This document shows, piece by piece, positions 48,695 to 62,516 of a DNA stretch of 64,000 bases. This DNA comes from Mobula birostris (lineage: Eukaryota): positions 88,452,533 through 88,516,532 of the forward strand of contig NC_092382.1 of the NCBI RefSeq assembly GCF_030028105.1. Direction: 5' to 3'. Every line of letters starts with the position of its first letter. Within the stretch, counting starts at the first letter, position 1. Below the pieces are notes generated by a model. That model was not told where the DNA came from. It ran no database searches and worked only from the letters and a program-made list of their open reading frames with translations. Both the position numbers and the translations under genes were made by a program.

Positions 48695-51600
48695 GCTGAT
48701 ATACGACAAAACAATAACTGTAACAAAGAATTATGGTTGCAAAGAAAGTGCAGTGCAGATAGACATATGGTGCAGGGTCACGTCGAGTTACATTGTGAGG
48801 TCGAGTCCATTTTATCATTCATTCGGCTTATAACCGCAGACAGGAAGCTGTCCTTGAGCCTGGTGGTACGCGCTTTAAGGTTTTTGTATCTCTTCCCCGA
48901 TGGGGGAGCGGGTTTGCAGCAAGAATGTCCAGGTTGTGAGGATCTTTGAGTACATGGCCAGCTTTTCCGAGGCTGGGCAGTGTAGGAAGAGTCCATGGAG
49001 GGGAGGCTTGTTTCTCTGATGTTCTCTGCTCTCCAAAGTTCTCTGCGGTTCCTTGCAGTCACGGGCAGAGCAGTGGCCATACGAAGGCGTGAAGTATCGA
49101 CAAGAAACTCAGAGACCTCGGCCTTCACCCTGCCTTGTGTAGCTGGATCCTGGACTTCCTGTCAGATCGCCGGCAGGTGGTAAGAGTGGGCTCCCTCACC
49201 TCTGTCTCTCTGACCCTCAGCACACATACCACACAGGGTTGTCTCCTTGGCCCCCTCCTTTACTTACTGTGCACCCATGACTTGTGTCGCCACCCACAGC
49301 TCCAATCTGCTAATCAAATTCGCTGACGACACTGCATTGATTGGCCTAATCTCAAATAATAACGAGAAGTCCTCACCCCGACACAGTGGCGTTAAGAAAA
49401 CAACCTCTCCCTCATGGTGACAAAAACAAAGGAGCTGGTTGTGGACTACAGGAGGAATGGAGACAGGGACCAAATTCAACATTTCCAAGTCTGTTATTGA
49501 CAAAGATGCACATGTTAATATTGATCACGACACAATGTATTTTATATATTGTTAATGACATAAAACGTATTTATAGATTGTTACTGACAGAGCATCGTAT
49601 AATTTGTGTTCCGTGTGTTATCTGCATGTACTTGCCTGTGATGCTGCCACAAGTCAGTGTTTCTCGGTACCTGTACCTTCCCGTACTTGTGCACTTGGCA
49701 ATAAATTCAACGGGACTTGAGAAATCTCAGTGAGATTTGATTACTGATGATCATCTTGGCAGCTCGGTAGGTCGAATGTATGAGACAGTACACTGTTAAA
49801 TGCAAAACCCTGAACCGTGTTGATGATCAGAGGGATCTTAGACTCCAAGTTCATCGCTCCCTGAAAGAGACTGCACAGATTGATCGGGTGGTTAAGAAGG
49901 CAAATGGCGTGGTTGTGTTTATTAGTTGAAGCACTGAGTTGAAAAGTCGGGAAGTTGTGTTGCGGCTGTTGCGAGCCTGCGGTCGGACTGTGACTGTGTC
50001 TTTAAGAGCGCCGGAGTGAGGAGGCGGGACTATGACGTCAGTCACAGGCTGACGGCGCTGACTGTGGATTTAACCATAAGAGAGAGAGAGCGATCTGCAG
50101 ACAGGCAGTCGGCCAGTCTAGAGAGAGAGAGACTGGAAAAGCTAATAGCTTCAATTTTTCGCAGCTGAGGCTTGGAACTCTCCTATGCCCACAAGAGTGA
50201 GTTGATCATCGGTACGCGGAACCACAACGAATGTGTGTGGCTATCACTTCGTATAATCGATAGGAGTGAATTTTGGAATATCTTGGGGGACCGCTTGTGT
50301 TAACCCTTGCCTGGGTATGTTGAGTGGTAACACCTGTAAAACGGTATTCCTGTGACAGGTCACTTTCGCTGATAACTCGTATGTGACTTTGTAGAGGGCG
50401 CAGAAGAGGTTTACCAAGATACTGTCTGGATTAGAGGGCATGATCTATAACGAAAGGTTGGACAAACTTGGGTTGTTTTCTCCAGAGCGGCGCAGGCTCG
50501 GGTGAGACTGGATAGACGTTTATAAGATTACGAGAGCTAGAGATAGAGTGGACAGACGATATATTTTTCCTGGGGGTTGAAATGTCCAATACATTTAAGA
50601 TGAGAGGAGATGTGAGCTGCAAGTTTGTTTCTATCTACATTACGACAGTACATTGAGCTGATATACGACAAAAAAATTAACTGTAACAAAGCATTATGGC
50701 TGCAGAGAAAGTGCAGTGCAGATAGACATATGGTGCAGGGTCACGTCGAGTAACATTGTGAGGTCGAGTCTATTCTATCATTCATTTGGCTTATAACCGC
50801 AGACAGGAAGCCGCCCTTGAGCCTGGTGGTACGCGCTTTAAGGATCTTGTATCTCTTCCCCGCTCCGGGTTTGCAGCAAGAATGTCCAAAGTTGTTGGCG
50901 TCTTTGAGTACATGGTCTGCTTTTCCGACGCAGGGGAAGTGTAGGAAGAGTCCATGGAGGGGAGGCTTGTTTCTCTGATGTTCTCTGCTCTCTAAAGTTC
51001 TCTGCAGTTCCTTGCAGTCATGGGCAGAGCAGTAGCCATACAAAGTCGTGAAGTATCGACAAGCTCAGAGACCTCGGCCCTCACCCTGCCTGGTGTAGCT
51101 GGATCCTGGACTTCCTGTCAGATCGCCGGCAAGTGGTAAGAGTGGGCTGCTTCACCTCTGTCTCTCTGACCCTCAGCACACATACCCCAAGGGTTGTCTC
51201 CTTGGTCCCCTCCTTTACTCTCTGTATTCCCATGATTTGCGTCGCCACCCACAGCTCCAATCTGCTAATTAAATTCGCTGAGGACACTACATTGATTAGC
51301 TCAATCTCAAATAATAAAGAGAAGTCATCACCCCGACACGGTGGTGTCAAGAAAACAACCTCTCGCTCATGGTGACAAAAAAAACAAAAGAGCTGTTTGT
51401 GGACTACAGGAGGAATGGAGACAGGGACCAAATTCAACATTTCCAAGTGAGTTATTGATACAAAATGCACATTTTAAAATTAATCAGGACACAGTGTATT
51501 TTATATATCGTTAATGACATAAAACATACTTATAGATTGTTACTGACTGAGAATCGTATAATTTGTGTTCCGTGTGTTATCTGAATGTACTTGCCTGTGA

Positions 51601-51920
51601 TGCTGCCACAAGTCAGTGTTTCCCTGTACCTGTACCTTCCCGTACTTGTGCACTTGGCAATAAATTCAACGGGACTTGAGAAAACTCAGTGAGATTTGAT
51701 TAATGATGATCATCTTGACAGCTCTGTAGGTCGAATGTATGAGACAGTACACTGTTAAATGCAAAACCCTGAACAGTGTTGATGATCAGAGGGATCTTAG
51801 ACTCCAAGTTCATCGCTCCGTGAAAGAGACTGCACAGATTGATCGGGTGGTTAAGACGGCAAATGTCATGGTTGTCATTACTAGTTGAAGCAATGAATTC
51901 AAAAGTCGGGAAGTTGTGTT
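48695..51920. repeat. Local tandem duplication (period about 1.96 kb) of a Rex-Babar/CR1 mosaic
   Basis: 48695-49960 matches 50656-51920; RT pieces WILDFLSDRRQVVRVG..IKFADDT at 49130-49440 and 51095-51420. Confidence 0.85.
49967..50385 (+). mobile_element. Probable truncated LTR inserted into a CR1 fragment
   Basis: Starts tgttgcg, is CpG-rich with a CRE tgacgtca and (ga)n runs; absent from the duplicate at about 51920. Confidence 0.45.
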
Positions 51921-52084
51921 GTAAAACTAGTTAGACCACATCTGGAGTGTTTCATACAGTTCTGGTCGCCCCCACTCTCGGAAGGATGTCGGGGCTTTGG
52001 AGAGGGTGCAGAAGAGGTTTACCAGGATATTGCCTGGATTAGAGGGCATGAGTTAAAACAAAAGTTTGGACAAATTTGCTCTTC

Positions 52085-52600
52085 CTCCGGTGGGAGAATC
52101 TACCGGTCACGTGATCCTGTTTGCCCCTCCCATTTAACTGCAGACGGGCAGCATCTGCGCGTCTATTTCCGAGGCCCCGCCCTCCAGATGACACATCATT
52201 CACTTTGCGCACGCTCAGTGTTTTCCTTTCCACTCAGTGCTGAAACCGATCGTCTGCGGACTCAGGAAAGGATCCTCGCCTCTTGGGTTGGCAGCCGGGG
52301 GTCGCGATCACTGTCTGCGGGCCGAAGATATCACTTTCCCACCGGTGAGTATTACGACCGATCCCGAGCGGGGAGATCCGATGTTGGCCGTGAGCCCCGA
52401 ACTGAAGACCAGTTCCTCATTTAACTTCCAGTTATCTGGGGTCGCCAAAAATGTGTAGACTTCACGTAATCTGCATTGAACGATCCAATCCAGGAGCCCG
52501 GGCTGTCCATTTCTGCAAAATTGAAAGGCCAACAGGTCACACGAGGCTGTGTGCGCAGATCTGCCCCGCCCTCTGCTTTGTGACGCAAGATCACGCGGTG
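52085..52600 (+). promoter_or_regulatory. CpG-rich candidate promoter/exon 1 upstream of ZNF E
   Basis: E-box gtcacgtgat at 52106-52115; donor ccg|gtgagt at 52345. Confidence 0.5.
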
Positions 52601-53419
52601 TTTTTTCTAAAGTCCCTGGATGGGTAGTGATGCTTCCTCCATATTGTGTTGGGGAAATCTGATTTTGGCCACTGAGTCCCATTAACTCCCCCCAACTCTC
52701 CTCACTTCCTAAGGCTCCTCGCATTTGTCCTTGAGCTTCATGGCTGTTGTGTCTTTTCCCAGATTGGGGTGGGTGAGGAAGGAGAACGTCCCAGGTTGTG
52801 GGGATCTTTGAGTTCACTGCCTGCTTTACCGAGGGACTGGGAAGTCTAGAAGGGAGAATGGTTTCTGTGATGTGTTAATCTGTATCCAAAGGTCTCTGCA
52901 GTTCCTCGCAGTCACGGGCAGAGTAGTTACCATGCAAAAGCATGAAGTGTCCGGATGGGAAACTTTCTATGGTGTGTTGATAAAAATTGGGTGAGGATTA
53001 AAGTATATATGGTAAAGTTCTTGTTGTTTCTTCTAACTTTGTCATTTTAGAATTTTTATACAGTAGTATGTGCTATTAATTCAGTATCTGTATTGCTGGA
53101 GGACCATCAGTGATTGTTCTCGATCCCTTCTCCCACCTGGTTCCATCTGCTTATCCCTGCCCATCTTGTTCAACTACTGTCCAGTCTCGTAACCCCACCT
53201 CACCCCCCCCCACCTGCTTCAGAGATACCCTGCTCTACGGACAACGTGGCAGAGCAGGGTATCTTGCAGGGGACTTTAAATCACACAAGGTTGGATTCAT
53301 TAATGAAACCTGTTAAGTTTCCTTCGTTCACCCCCTGATATCATTAAAAACGTCCACTAAGCAGCCTTTGAATACAAACTTTCACCTACATGTGATGTAA
53401 TTCTGGTGCCCCCACATAA

Positions 53420-54970
53420 AACCATAAAATATACAGTAGGAGGAAAATTAGGTCATTTGGCCCATTGCACCTGCTCTGCCATTTATTCATGCCTGCTCCA
53501 ATTTTCCTTAGTCCCAGTCTCCTTCCTTTTGCCCATAAACTGTCATCAATCAAGAATCTAGCAACCTCTGCCTTTGATATCCATAAATACTTAGCCTTCA
53601 CAGCTGCCCGTGGCAAAGGATTCCACAGATTCAGCACTCTCTGGCTAAAGAAATTCCCCCTCGTTCACCTTTCTAAAAGGTCGTCCCACTGCCCCCTTTA
53701 TTCTGAGACTACATCCTCTGGTCCTGGACTCTCTCAATACAGGAAACATCCTCTCCATATCCACTCAATCAAGGCCATTTACCATTCGATAGGATTCAAT
53801 GAAATCATCCTTCATTCCTCTGAATACAGGTCCAGAGCCATCAAATGCTCTTCATGTGACAGGCCATTCAGTTCTCTACTCATTTTCATAAACGTCCTTG
53901 GAACTCTCTCCAATGGAGCCCAAGGGGCCCAAAACTGCTGAGAATAATCCAAGAGCTTTATAAAGTTTCAACATTACTTCCTAACTTTTATATTTTAGTC
54001 TTCTTGAACTGAATGCGAACATCATGTTTGCCTTCCTCAGCACAGACTCAACCCGCAAACTAACCTTTAGGGAATCCTGCACAAGGACTCCCAAGTCCAT
54101 TTGCACCTCAGATTTTTTTGTACATTCTCTCCATTTAGAAAATAGTCAACCCTTTCATTTCTTCTAGTGAAGTGTATCATCATTCACCTCCCAACACAGT
54201 ATCCTATCTGCCATTTCCTTGCCCATTTTCCTGATTTTTCTGTAGTCTCCCTACTTCTCCAAAACGACCTGCCCTTCCACCTATCTTTACATCCCCTGCA
54301 AACTTTGCAACAAAGCCATCAATTCCATCATCCAAATCATTGGCATATAACATGAAAAGAATCATTCCCAACATAGACCCCTGTGGAACTCCACTAGAAA
54401 CTGTTAGCCAGCCAGAAAAGGTTGTCTGTATTCTCACTCATTTCCTCCTGCCAATCAGCCACTACCTTTTTCCTGTAATAACATAGGCTCAGAGCTCATT
54501 AAGGAGCCTCACATGTGGCACCTTGTCAAAGGCCTGAAAATCCAAGCACACAGCAGCAACCAATTCTCCTTTGTCTACATTGCTTATTTTTTCTTCAAAG
54601 CATTCCAACAAATTTATCAGACAAGATTTTCCCTTGAGGAAACAATGCTGACTCCGGCCTATTTTATCTTGTGCCTCCAAGTACCTCGAACTCACATCCT
54701 TACCAATCGACTCCAACATCTTTCAAACCACTGTCAGACTGAATGGCCTATAGTTTCCTTTCTTCTGCCTCTCTCCCTTCTTGAAGAGTGGAGCGACACT
54801 TGCAATTTTCCAGCATCCAGCACCATTCCTGAATTTAGTGATTCTTGAAGGATCATTACTAATGCCTCCACAATCTCTCCGGCCACCTCTTTCAGAACTG
54901 TGGGCATAAACCATCAGGTCCAGATGACTTATCTGCCTTCAGATCTTCAGTTTCCAAAGAACCTTGTTGT
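53420..54970 (-). mobile_element. Decayed CR1 (RT to 3' end)
   Basis: NYRPFSLT, QHCFLKGKSCL, SGVPQGSML and KFAGD motifs in broken ORFs. Confidence 0.85.
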
Positions 54971-55278
54971 GGTCCCTTCTGTACAGGTCCCACCTTCCCT
55001 GGAAGAGAGCCATGGAACCAAAAATCTTATCCCCTCCCCTTCCTTCCCCCTCCACATGCCTGATGTCATGCATGGTTTTGCTACACTGGGGTCTGACTTC
55101 ATGTGTGCTGTTCCTTACATCTGCAGGTTTGTTTCTCGTGGTTGTGCAGTTTAATCTTTCTTCCATTCAGACAAAGGAGTGAGATCCAGATCTGTCACGT
55201 TCTCTCATTGTGGGTGGAGATTTTTTTTCATTGATTTCATTCCACTGTTACAACTTGCCGAAGTGCAGCCAATGTTTC

Positions 55279-57888
55279 ATAGAAACATAGAAACATAGAA
55301 AATAGGTGCAGGAGTAGGCCATTCGGCCCTTTGAGCCTGCACCGCCATTTATTATGATCATGGCTGATCATCCAACTCAGAACCCCGCCCCAGCCTTCCC
55401 TCCATATCCCCTGATCCCCGTAGCCACAAGGGCCATATCTAACTCCCTCTTAAGTATAGCCAATGAACTGGCCTCAACTGTTTCCTGTGGCAGAGGATTC
55501 CACAGATTCACCACTCTCTGTGTGAAGAAGTTTTTCCTAATCTCGGTCCTAAAAGGCTTCCCCTCTATCCTCAAACTGTGGCCCCTCATTCTGGACTTCC
55601 CCAACATCGGGAACAATCTTCCTGCATCTAGCCTGTCCAATCCCTTTAGGATTTTATACGTTTCAATCAGATCCCCCCTCAATCTTCTAAATTCCAACGA
55701 GTACAAGCCCAGTTCATCCAGTCTTTCTTCATATGAAAGTCCTGCCATCCCAGGAATCAATCTGGTGAACCTTCTTTGTACTCCCTCTATGGCAAGGATG
55801 TCTTTCCTCAGATTAGGGGACCAAAACTGCACACAATACTCCAGGTGTGGTCTCACCAAGGCCTTGTACAACTACAGTAGTACCTCCCTGCTCCTGTACT
55901 CGATTCCTCTCGCTATAAATGCCAGCATACCATTCGCCTTTTTCACCGCCTGCTGTACCTGCATGCCCACTTTCAATGACTGGTGTATAATGACACCCAG
56001 GTCTCGTTGCACCTCCCCTTTTCCTAATCGGCCACCATTCAGATAATAATCTGTTTTCCTATTTTTGCCACCAAAGTGGATAACTTCACATTTATCCACA
56101 TTAAATTGCATCTGCCATGAATTTGCCCACTCACCCAACCTATCCAAGTCACTCTGCATCCTCTTAGCATTCTCCTCACAACCAACACCACCACCCAGCT
56201 TCGTGTCATCCGCAAACTTGGAGATGCTGCATTTAATTCTCTCATCCAAGTCATTAATATATATTGTAAACAACTGGGGTCCCAGCACTGAGCCTTGCGG
56301 TACCCCACTAGTCACCGCCTGCCATTCTGAAAAGGTCCCGTTTATTCCCACTCTTTGCTTCCTGTCTGCTAACCAATTCTCCACCCACACCAATACCTTA
56401 CCCCCAATACCGTGTGCTTTAAGTTTGCACACTAATCTCCTGTGTGGGACCTTGTCAAAAGCCTTTTGAAAATCCAAATATACCACATCCACTGGTTCTT
56501 CCCTATCCACTCTACTAGTTACATCCTCAAAAAATTCTATGAGGTTCGTCAGACATGATTTTCCTTTCACAAATCCATGCTGACTTTGTCCGATCATTTC
56601 ACCGCTTTCCAAATTTGCTGTTATTACATCCTTGATAACTGACTCCAGCAGTTTCCCCACCACCAACGTTAGGCTAACCGGTCTATAATTCCCCGGTTTC
56701 TCTCTCCCTCCTTTTTTAAAAAGTGGGGTCATATTAGCCACTCTCCAATCCTCAGGAACTAGTCCAGAATCTAACGAGTTTTGAAAAATTATCACTAATG
56801 CATCCACTATTTCTTGGGCTACTTCCTTAAGCACTCTAGGATGCAGACCATCTGGCCCTGGGGTTTTATCTGCCTTCACTTCCTTCAATTTACCTAACAC
56901 CACTTCCCTACTAACATGTATTTCGCTCAGTTCCTCCATCTCACTGGACCCTCTGTCCCCTACTATTTCTGGAATATTATTTATGTCTTCCTTAGTGAAG
57001 ACAGAACCAAAGTAATTATTCAATTGGTCTGCCATGTCCTTGCTCCCCATAATCAATTCACCTGTTTCTGTCTGCAGGGTACCTACATTTGTCTTTACCA
57101 GTTTTTTCCTTTTTACATATCTATAAAAGCTTTTACAGTCCGTTTTTATGTTCCCTGCCAGTTTTCTCTCATAATCTTCTTTCCCCTTCCTAATTAAGCC
57201 CTTTGTCCTCCTCTGCTGAACTCTGAATTTCTCCCAGTCCTCAGGTGAGCCACTTTCTCTGGCTAATTTGTATGCTTCTTCTTTGGAATTGATACTATCC
57301 CTAATTTTTCTTGTCAGCCACGGATGCACTACCTTCCTTGATTTATTCTTTTGCCAAACTGGGATGAACAATTGTTGTAGTTCATCCATGCAACCTTTAA
57401 ATGCTTGCCATTGCATATCCACCGTCAATCCCTTAAGTGTCATTTGCCAGTCTATCTTAGCTAATTCACGTCTCATACCTTCAAAGTTACCCCTCTTTAA
57501 GTTCAGAACCTTTGTTTCTGAATTAACTATGTCACTCTCCATCTTAATGAAGAATTCCACCATATTATGGTCACTCTTACCCAAGGGGCCTCTCACGACA
57601 AGATTGCTAATTAACCCTTCCTCATTGCTCAGAACCCAGTCCAGAATAGCCTGCTCTCTAGTTGGTTCCTCGACATGTTGGTTCAAGAAACCATCCCGCA
57701 TACATTCCAAGAAATCCTCTTCCTCAGCACCTTTACCAATTTGGTTCACCCAATCTACATGTAGATTGAAGTCACCCATTATAACTGCTGTTCCTTTATT
57801 GCACACATTTCTAATTTCCTGTTTAATACCATCTCCGACCTCACTACTACTGTTAGGTGGCCTGTACACAACTCCCACCAGCATCTTC
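55279..57888 (-). mobile_element. Young 5'-truncated CR1; ORF2 (partial APE plus RT) broken by one in-frame stop
   Basis: ORFs 55872-57884 and 55377-55871 share a frame across a single TAG; FADD; (ttctatgt)n tail; tgtttc on both flanks. Confidence 0.95.
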
Positions 57889-58482
57889 TGTTTCGAGGTA
57901 TATAACCCTATTAATGCAAGAAGGAAGCCTTTTCTGTTTTTCTGGGCTTCTGAAACATTTGTACACTTCAGTTAAATATCCCTCCAGAAGTTCCAGAGGA
58001 GAAGCTCAGTCTGTCTAATATTTCCACACAATTAAAGTAGGGAATTGTTTATTATTGTCATGTACCAAGGTTTAATGAAAATCTTGTCCTGCATTCCCTC
58101 CTCTCAGATCAACACATTACAACAGTAGAAAATGATAATTCATTAACAGAGTGTAACAAAGCATTATGGTCACAGAGAAAATCCACTGCAGGTAGACATA
58201 TGGTGCAAGGTCACATTGAGTTACATTATGAAGTCAAGGTTCCATCTTATAATACTGAGGAATATTCAGTTTGTTTATAACAGCAGAATGGAAACTGTCC
58301 CAAGCCTAGGAATCTTTAATTATGTTGTCTGATTTACTGAGGCGGCAGGAAGTATAAAGAGAGTCCATGGAGGGGAGGCTTGTTTCCATGATGTGTCCAC
58401 AGTGCTCTTCTATTTCTTGAAGTCAAAAGAAGAGAGTAACCGTACAAAGGTGTGAAGTATCTGGATGGGATACTTTTCATGG

Positions 58483-59062
58483 TGTAAAATTAAATTTGCC
58501 AGATGAATAACAACACTACAAACAGTTATTTACTTTATCCTTTTCACCAGTTTATTTGTTCGAACTCAGCCGGCTAGAAGATCGGAGCGAAGCATCAGAG
58601 AGACAGAATTCGTCTCCCTCCGGCGGCTCATGATGAATCTCAGTCTAACATGCAGAAATATTACAATTATAGAACTAGCGAAACAAAGAGCACTTTAGTT
58701 CAACTGGTATTCCCACCAAGGCTGTTGGAGCAAAACTTAATTTATTAGGTAAGAGAGTCCACTAAATCAGGGTTTTAATTACAAATGAATGTTCTGTCCA
58801 ATCCTTATCAGTTATTCTCTTTTGTTAGACAAAGGAATGAACTTAGTTCAATTCGTGTCTCATGAGAACTCAACTCTACATAACATTCCCAAGAGGCATC
58901 TGTGTGTCGTTAATCTAAACAAGCTGCAAGCAGATTCCTCAGTGAAGGACAGAACAGAAATTTGCACACTATCCAGAACAGAGCACACATAAGTTGGCAC
59001 TTAGTTTTAACCTGTTATTTACAAGAGTCCAAGAATCATTTCTTACATCCCCCAATACCCTT
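58483..59062 (-). mobile_element. 3' LTR (58483-59047) with adjacent polypurine tract
   Basis: TGTAA...TTACA termini; PPT-like aagggtattggggga abuts TG on the minus strand; aataaa at 58551-58556 (-). Confidence 0.65.
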
Positions 59063-60970
59063 AAAACTTCATCACCAGAGTGTTGTAGCAGATAGTTGCC
59101 TTTCTGACTGAAAACCTGTGACTAGTGGTGTGCCACAGTGCAGGATCTGTTGTTGTTTGTCATCTCTATCAGTAATCTGGATGATAGTGTCATTAATTGC
59201 ATCAGCAAATTTGTGGATGACACCTGGATTGGTGGTGCAGTGGACAGCAAGGAAGACTATCATGGCATGCAGTGCGATCTGGACCGCTGGAAAAAATGGT
59301 TTGAGAAATGGAAAATGGAATTTAATGCAGACAAGTGTGAGGTGTTGTGCTTTGGTTGGACCTGCCAGGGTAGATCTTACACAGTGACTGGTAGGGCACT
59401 GAGAAGTATTGTAGAAGAAAGGGACATGGGAATACAGGTCTATATTTCACTGAAAGTGGTGTCGCAGTTCAATAGGGATGGAAAGAAAGATTTTGGCACA
59501 TTGGCTTTCATAAACGAAAGTGCTAAGTAGAGGAGATGGATGTTATGTTGAATTTGTACAAGACATTGGTGAGGCATAATTTGGAGTATTCTGTGCAAGT
59601 TTGATCACCAACCTACAGGAAAGATGTAAGAGAGTTTGAAAGAGTTCAGAGAAAATCCACAAGGATTTTGCCAGGTCTGGAGGTCTTGGTTCATAAGGAG
59701 AGACTGAACGGGTCTGGGCTTTATTCCTTGGAATGTAGAACATTGAGGGGAGATTTGATGGAGGTGTGCCAAAATTATGAGGGTTATAGATGGGGTAAAT
59801 GCAAGCTGGCTTTTTCCACTGAGATTGGTTGTGACTACAACCAGGGCCATGGGTTAAGGGTGAAAGGTGAAACATTAAGGGGAAAATGAGGGGAAACTTC
59901 TTCACACAGACGGTCATCCAGGTGTGGAATGAGCAGACAGCCCAACTGTTGCATGTGAGCTCAATTTCAACATTTAAGAGGTTTGTATAGGTGCCTGGAT
60001 ATTAGGGGTATGGGGTAAACAGTTTAAATAGTTCAACACAAACTAGATGGGCCAAGGGGCCTGTTTCTGTGTTGTACTTTTCTATGACTCTGTGACAAGG
60101 ACATGAAATAATACTAATATTAATGTAATTCCTTTTAACAGCTGTGCAGACCAACCATTCATCGGGGCAGGAAATGTTTACATGGCTTTAAAACTGTGGC
60201 ACTTCACATTGACAGTAGATAATAGAAAATTCCAGCTGCATGTCAACAAAGGCTATTTGTGTGAGAGTGTTTCAGTTACTGTGGGGCCAGGCACCCATGC
60301 AGCTCAGTGAGAACAGGGAATATTACCAATGGAGAGTGTTAAACTGAGCCAAGTCACAGATTGGAGATGCAGAAATGCCCGATTCTTATAGAGACAGGAA
60401 GAGCTTCAGAGAGTTTGATGGTCATTCCAGATACCAGCACAGTGCCCGGTTAGAAGATGATTTCTCTCTCCAACTTGTGTTGAACTTCACTGTAACAGTG
60501 TGATGCCAGATCACACCTTGACAACTCGAGTGATCTCATCTTAAATGTTGTCCTTCACTCATTGATAGATTTTATAAATCGTTTTTCAGGTTAAAAACGA
60601 CAAGGAATATATCTACGGGAATCTCAAACACAACACACCAGTGTTGCTGTCTCTATCCAGATACTTAAGAAGTGGAGCAAGGGATTCACTCGATCATCCT
60701 TCCTGCTCAGACTGTGAGGAGGGATTCACTCGATCATCTGACCGACTGGCAGGCCTGTCAGTTTACACAGGGGAGAGGCCGTTCACCTTTTCAGACTGTG
60801 GGGATTCAAGGTCAATTCATGAAGTTACATCAGCAAGTTCACACTGGGACAAGCCATTCACCTGTTCTGTGGGTGAGAAGGGATTCAGCTGGTCATCCCA
60901 ACTGTGGACACACCAGTCAGTTCACATCTGCTGAATTTGTGGGGAAGAATTCACTCAGTCATCTGACCTA

Positions 60971-61927
60971 ATGGCCCACCAACGAGTTTGCACTGGAGAG
61001 TGGCCGTTCACCTGCTCGGACTGTGGGAAGGGATTCACTCAGTCATCTCATCTACTGAGACACCAGTCAGTTCACACTGAAGAGTGGCCATTCACCTGCT
61101 CAGACTGTGGGAAGGGATTCACTCAGTCATCTGAACTAAAGGTACATCAGAGAATTCACACTGGGGAGAGGCCATTCACGTGCTCAGACTGTGGGAAGAG
61201 ATTCACAACGTTAGCTAGCTTACAAGCACACCAGCGAGTTCACACTGGGGAGAGGCCGTTCACCTGCTCAGTCTGTGGTAAGGGATTCACTCAGTCATCT
61301 CAACTGAAGGTACATCAGCGAGTTCACACTGGGGAGCGGCCGTTCACCTGCTCAGTCTGTGGGAAGGGATTCACTCAGTCGTCTAAAGTACTGAGACACC
61401 AGTCAGTTCACACTGGGACGTGGCCATTTACCTGCTCAGAGTGTGGGAAGGGATTCACTGAATCATCCTCCCTACAGAGACACCAGTCAGTTCACACTGG
61501 GAAGTGGCGGTTCACCTGCTCAGACTGTGGGAAGGGATTCAATCGGTCATCTCACCTGCTAAGACACCAGTCAGCCCACACAGGGAAAGGGCCATTCACC
61601 TGCTCAGACTGTGGGAAGGGATTCACCCAGTCATCTCTATTGAAGATACATCAGCGAGTTCACACTGGGGAGAGGCCTTATACCTGCTCAGACTGTGGGA
61701 AGGGATTCATTTTGTCATCCCAACTGAAGGTACATCAGAGAGTTCACAATGGGGAGAGGCCATTCGCCTGCTCAGACTGTGGAAAGGGATTCACTTCGTC
61801 ATATCACCTACTGAGACACCAGTCAGTTCACACCGGAGAGTGGCCATTCACGTGCTCAGTTTGTGAGAAGGGATTCACTTCGTCATATCGCCTACAGAAA
61901 CATCAGTCAGCCCACACAGGGAAATGA
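60971..61927 (+). CDS. C2H2 zinc-finger protein E, 11 fingers
   Basis: 318-aa finger ORF starting [10 protein letters not shown]. Confidence 0.85.
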   Translation: MAHQRVCTGEWPFTCSDCGKGFTQSSHLLRHQSVHTEEWPFTCSDCGKGFTQSSELKVHQRIHTGERPFTCSDCGKRFTTLASLQAHQRVHTGERPFTCSVCGKGFTQSSQLKVHQRVHTGERPFTCSVCGKGFTQSSKVLRHQSVHTGTWPFTCSECGKGFTESSSLQRHQSVHTGKWRFTCSDCGKGFNRSSHLLRHQSAHTGKGPFTCSDCGKGFTQSSLLKIHQRVHTGERPYTCSDCGKGFILSSQLKVHQRVHNGERPFACSDCGKGFTSSYHLLRHQSVHTGEWPFTCSVCEKGFTSSYRLQKHQSAHTGK

Positions 61928-62516
<589 letters not shown>

